Of a stretch of DNA of 64,000 bases, positions 60,701 to 64,000 are shown one piece after another; position 1 is the first letter of the stretch, and every line of letters begins with the position of its first letter. Made by a program: the position numbers and the translations under genes. The DNA is from Takakia lepidozioides. Taxonomy: Eukaryota; Plantae; Bryophyta. Below the pieces are notes generated by a model. That model did no database searches and was not told where the DNA came from. It saw only the letters and a list, made by a program, of their open reading frames with translations. Where the stretch lies: positions 43,710,001 through 43,774,000 of the forward strand of contig CM060733.1 of NCBI GenBank assembly GCA_030704615.1, read 5' to 3'.

Positions 60701-61260
60701 GTTACCAATGGTTTCTTGCTCCATACGAAGGAGCTCGGACTTGGAGACACACTACAAACCGTAAATGCATGCAATTTTTCCACATATCGTCCTAAAAAAT
60801 AAGCACGTCAGCACAAAACGAAGGCGAAAATAGTGGAAGCATATGCACGATGGTGGCTGTAGAGCCCCGCCAGCCCTCTCATGTTCAGGCACACCCTTCA
60901 TCGTCATTAAAATCGCCATAAACAAGAAGAACAACCGCATGCGTGCAAAGTCACCTCCGCAACATTGGACAACAAAGAGCCGCAAGAACGAGACAACAAG
61001 AACGAGTGGGCGAGTTCGTGGCAGGGTGTTACGATCTTCCATGCCCTAAACATGGATGGCGCGGATGGGTTTCTCATAATGGACGATCTAGATCCTTCGG
61101 CCGGCGCGGACTGGCAGACTGGGGGGCAGCAGACGGGCATAGCGGACTGTTGGGTGGACTTGTGGGGACTGGCACAGTGGACTGGCATGCACAGCAGACT
61201 GGCCAGCAGACTTGCGGTTTGGCGGACTGAGGGGAACTGGACTCACGGGCAGCGGACTGG
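57760..61260. repeat. Region saturated with dispersed (C)AGACT/GGACT motifs
   Basis: Dozens of same-strand CAGCAGACT / CAACAGACT / GGACTG words. GC-rich end at 61200-61400. Confidence 0.75.
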
Positions 61261-63671
61261 GGGCGCGCCGGAGCGCGGGCGGGGCTGGTGGGGCCGCGGC
61301 AGCAGGTGGGCGACCGCGCGCAGCGGCGGGCGGGGGGGTCCGGGTGGGGGGAGCCGGGCGTCCGTGCGCAGGGCCCACCGGTCAGCTCGCGCGTGCGCCA
61401 TAACGTCCCAATTATTGTAAAATGAGAGGCCTAACCACACGTGTTCCAAATTCAAATTTGGCAAAAGAGTTTTGAATATTTCTGTCCACAGGTCTTGAGT
61501 TGGTGACCTTAAGCAGTCAGGTTGTCTTAGATTTCAAAATGTGGGCCGCTCAAGATTTCAACGGGTGCACTGCACTGCGTGTGAATTTGGGTTGGTGTTG
61601 CAAACTGCACATATCTCTGTAGATCAGGTGGACATGCCGCAGGTTGCTGGTGGTGAGTTTGATGGCTCTGGAATTTTAGGAAAAGATCGTTACTATAGCT
61701 GCAATTAACTTACATTCCGACGGTGCTAATTCACTGAACTTTATATTTCTCGCTTTAGGTTCACAAGGGCAACAGTGCTATATGTGCTCTTCGTATGAAC
61801 TATGAACGTTGTTGCAATTAAGTAAACTATCACTCATCTTTGCTTCTACTCAGCACTTGTGTCTAATTTGTACGTCTTTGCTAATGGATATGGCCTCTGC
61901 TAGCTCTGCAATGGTAGTAAAGTGATGTATGCTCATGATTTAAGTTGAACTCCATCATATTCTGGATCTAGTATTAACTCAAACGGGCTAAGTTAATAGA
62001 AACAAGAGGCTCCGCCACAAGAGGCTCTGTCCTTGCTCTTTCCTTCTTTGTTTTTGGGGTTGTTGTTTTATACTTTTCCCACCGCTTCATGAATCATGCC
62101 CATCAACGCTCCATAGACTAGGCTTAATGGATAAGCCTAGTTCTCCGCCTAGGCAAGATGTCTCCACAATGCCTCTTTCCCTTGCGGGACAGAGCCAACA
62201 AGATGTTTTATAAATGTATTTCCACTCAAGCAGTTCTTCACCAAACTTTATTTCTAGATTTAGATTCGCAGGAGTGAGCGGAGTGTTATATGATCTCTTT
62301 GTATGAATATTGTTGCCCATTCAATAAACTATCACCCCTCTTTGCTTCTACTGTCGAAGACTCAGCACTGGTGTCTAATTTGTACTTCTCTGCTATGATA
62401 TGGATATGGATTATCAACAGGTTACGGAACCACCGCAAGCCCAACTGCCAACCATTTCCAGGTTTGGAAGAGAAAACTTGCACCTTGTGAAGCTCAAAAT
62501 GGAAGTGTTTTTAGAGAAGGAGGTTTGGATGTAGGGTCGGGTCAGATGACCTAACTGCTACAGCTGATAGCTGTGCAATGGACTCGCAAGTCCCAACAGG
62601 CATGAGCAAGTGAGGGAGGATATTTTTCTTTTATTCTATGTTTCACACTCCCCTTGGGAAATCTTCCATCTCCAGCACAATGTCCCATGTGGATTCTTGA
62701 GACAATTGTTCTGGTTACACAGATTTTTCTGTTAGTGTTTTATTAAATAAACTTGTCACTGCACACAGTCCACAGCTAATGTATTGTGGGGACAGGTGGC
62801 CCCTTGTACCTCTCCACCTGGCTTTCTACAAAGTCTCTCCAGTAGACACAAAAGGTCCTTTTTCTGGTATACTCAAAGTGTTCTGTCATATCTTCTCGCA
62901 AGAAGAGAGTTTTAAAGTATCTTCTAGGGATGGGATAGTCTTTTGGGTGAAACTAGTGATGAATTGAGAATCTCGAGTGTTAGAGAGAATTCCAAGATGC
63001 TGAACAATGCACAGCTGCCCCAATAATCAAGCTCATTCCGAATCGTATTCACTTCCATCTCAAGCTTTGGAGAAGCTCAGAAGAACCAGTCACCACAACC
63101 ATAATATTACAATTCAGCTCTGAGTGATTCTCTAAGGTGGGAGGCCTTGAGAGGGAGGGGTTGAGAAGAGGGAGAAAACCACAGCAAGGGAGGGGAGCAG
63201 AAGACAGGGAGTTTTTCATCACTCTTAAGTGTCAGTCTCTTGATATGCGATTTTTCTCCCCTGCAGAAGACAATATGACAGAAAGCAAACTGACTCGTGT
63301 ATGTAACTCCTGGGCAGCGATCGAACAATAAAGCTATGGAGTCTGGAAGGAGAGTTTGACATTGGGGCAGGACCTGCAAAGTTATCATCACAGGCAGTGG
63401 TAGCCACCACACACCAGATTTAGCACAACATTCTGGTTTCCTTCCAACAGAGTCACTCCAAAATTCCCCCTTCACTCATTACCTGCTCCAGTCAAGTGCA
63501 ATTATGGGCTGACTTCCCCACCTATGCTGGGTAGACGCCATTATCATTTCCTGTGGATGTACCTCAATAGTACATCATGATCAATATCCTCAGGAACTGG
63601 TGGATGAACTGCGTAGCTACACAGATCTATGAATGAAGTAACAGGCCTGCACCTTGCAGAAAAACATCCTT

Positions 63672-64000
63672 TCACCAGTAATCCTCACAAGAACAAACCC
63701 CATCTTCAAAGTGGTGAAAGCGGGTTGCGTCTCGTACAACGATTGCTCGGCCAACGATCTTTGAGATGAACTTGGTGGAGGTGTGGCAGTCCCCACACAT
63801 CCGAAGATTCTTGATGAGACGGAGAGGTGTCCTAGGGGCCGTGCTGATCAGCCCAAAACCAATGGCCAGCTTCTCACTGTGGTGGCAAAGAGAAAATTCC
63901 CTTTGCTCCTCCCCCACATCAGGCAATACAAAGTGTCTGTCGGGCACATACCCTGCCTCCTTCATCTGCCCAGACAATCTTCTCAGCTCAGCATGGATTT
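63672..64000 (-). CDS. 3' end (DYW domain) of a second PPR-DYW gene
   Basis: HSEKLA, CGDCH, CSCEDYW stop. Runs off the window. Confidence 0.93.
   Translation of the reverse strand, partial: IHAELRRLSGQMKEAGYVPDRHFVLPDVGEEQREFSLCHHSEKLAIGFGLISTAPRTPLRLIKNLRMCGDCHTSTKFISKIVGRAIVVRDATRFHHFEDGVCSCEDYW

Noticed and set aside
61820-62410. ~70-bp direct repeats (also a ~55-bp pair at 16110/16512)
   Set aside because: No TIR, LTR or TSD features; probably local duplications.

Overview
Eukaryotic nuclear DNA from a land plant, probably non-seed (bryophyte/lycophyte/fern grade; inferred from the PPR style). Host genes: a 14-exon MIRO GTPase (minus, ~17.0-27.4 kb), a PLS-E-DYW PPR editing factor (52.07-54.56 kb) and the 3' end of a second, convergent DYW gene. 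The rest is nested transposons: Gypsy fragments (one with a PHD finger, one with a tRNA-Gly PBS and extra ORFs), LINE fragments, two inverted hAT copies (the complete one carries a PPR fragment) and a TTAA/CCCT piggyBac-type MITE. The most unusual content is at 1-11.6 kb: two paralogous intron-containing genes with a ParB/Srx-like WDGNHRLLAW domain. Each is preceded by an array of its own long palindrome, and gene B continues into a reconstructable beta-class (N4C/N6A-type) DNA methyltransferase fold. Both units end in the same GGCTCA...TAGCA(n)CCCC terminus as a SWIM-containing transposase fragment at 38.9-40.8 kb. Together this suggests a DNA-transposon family carrying a ParB-methyltransferase/palindrome module. 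Many frameshifts fall in homopolymers, even in MIRO, so they probably reflect assembly error. All assignments come from motif recognition by eye; no searches were run.
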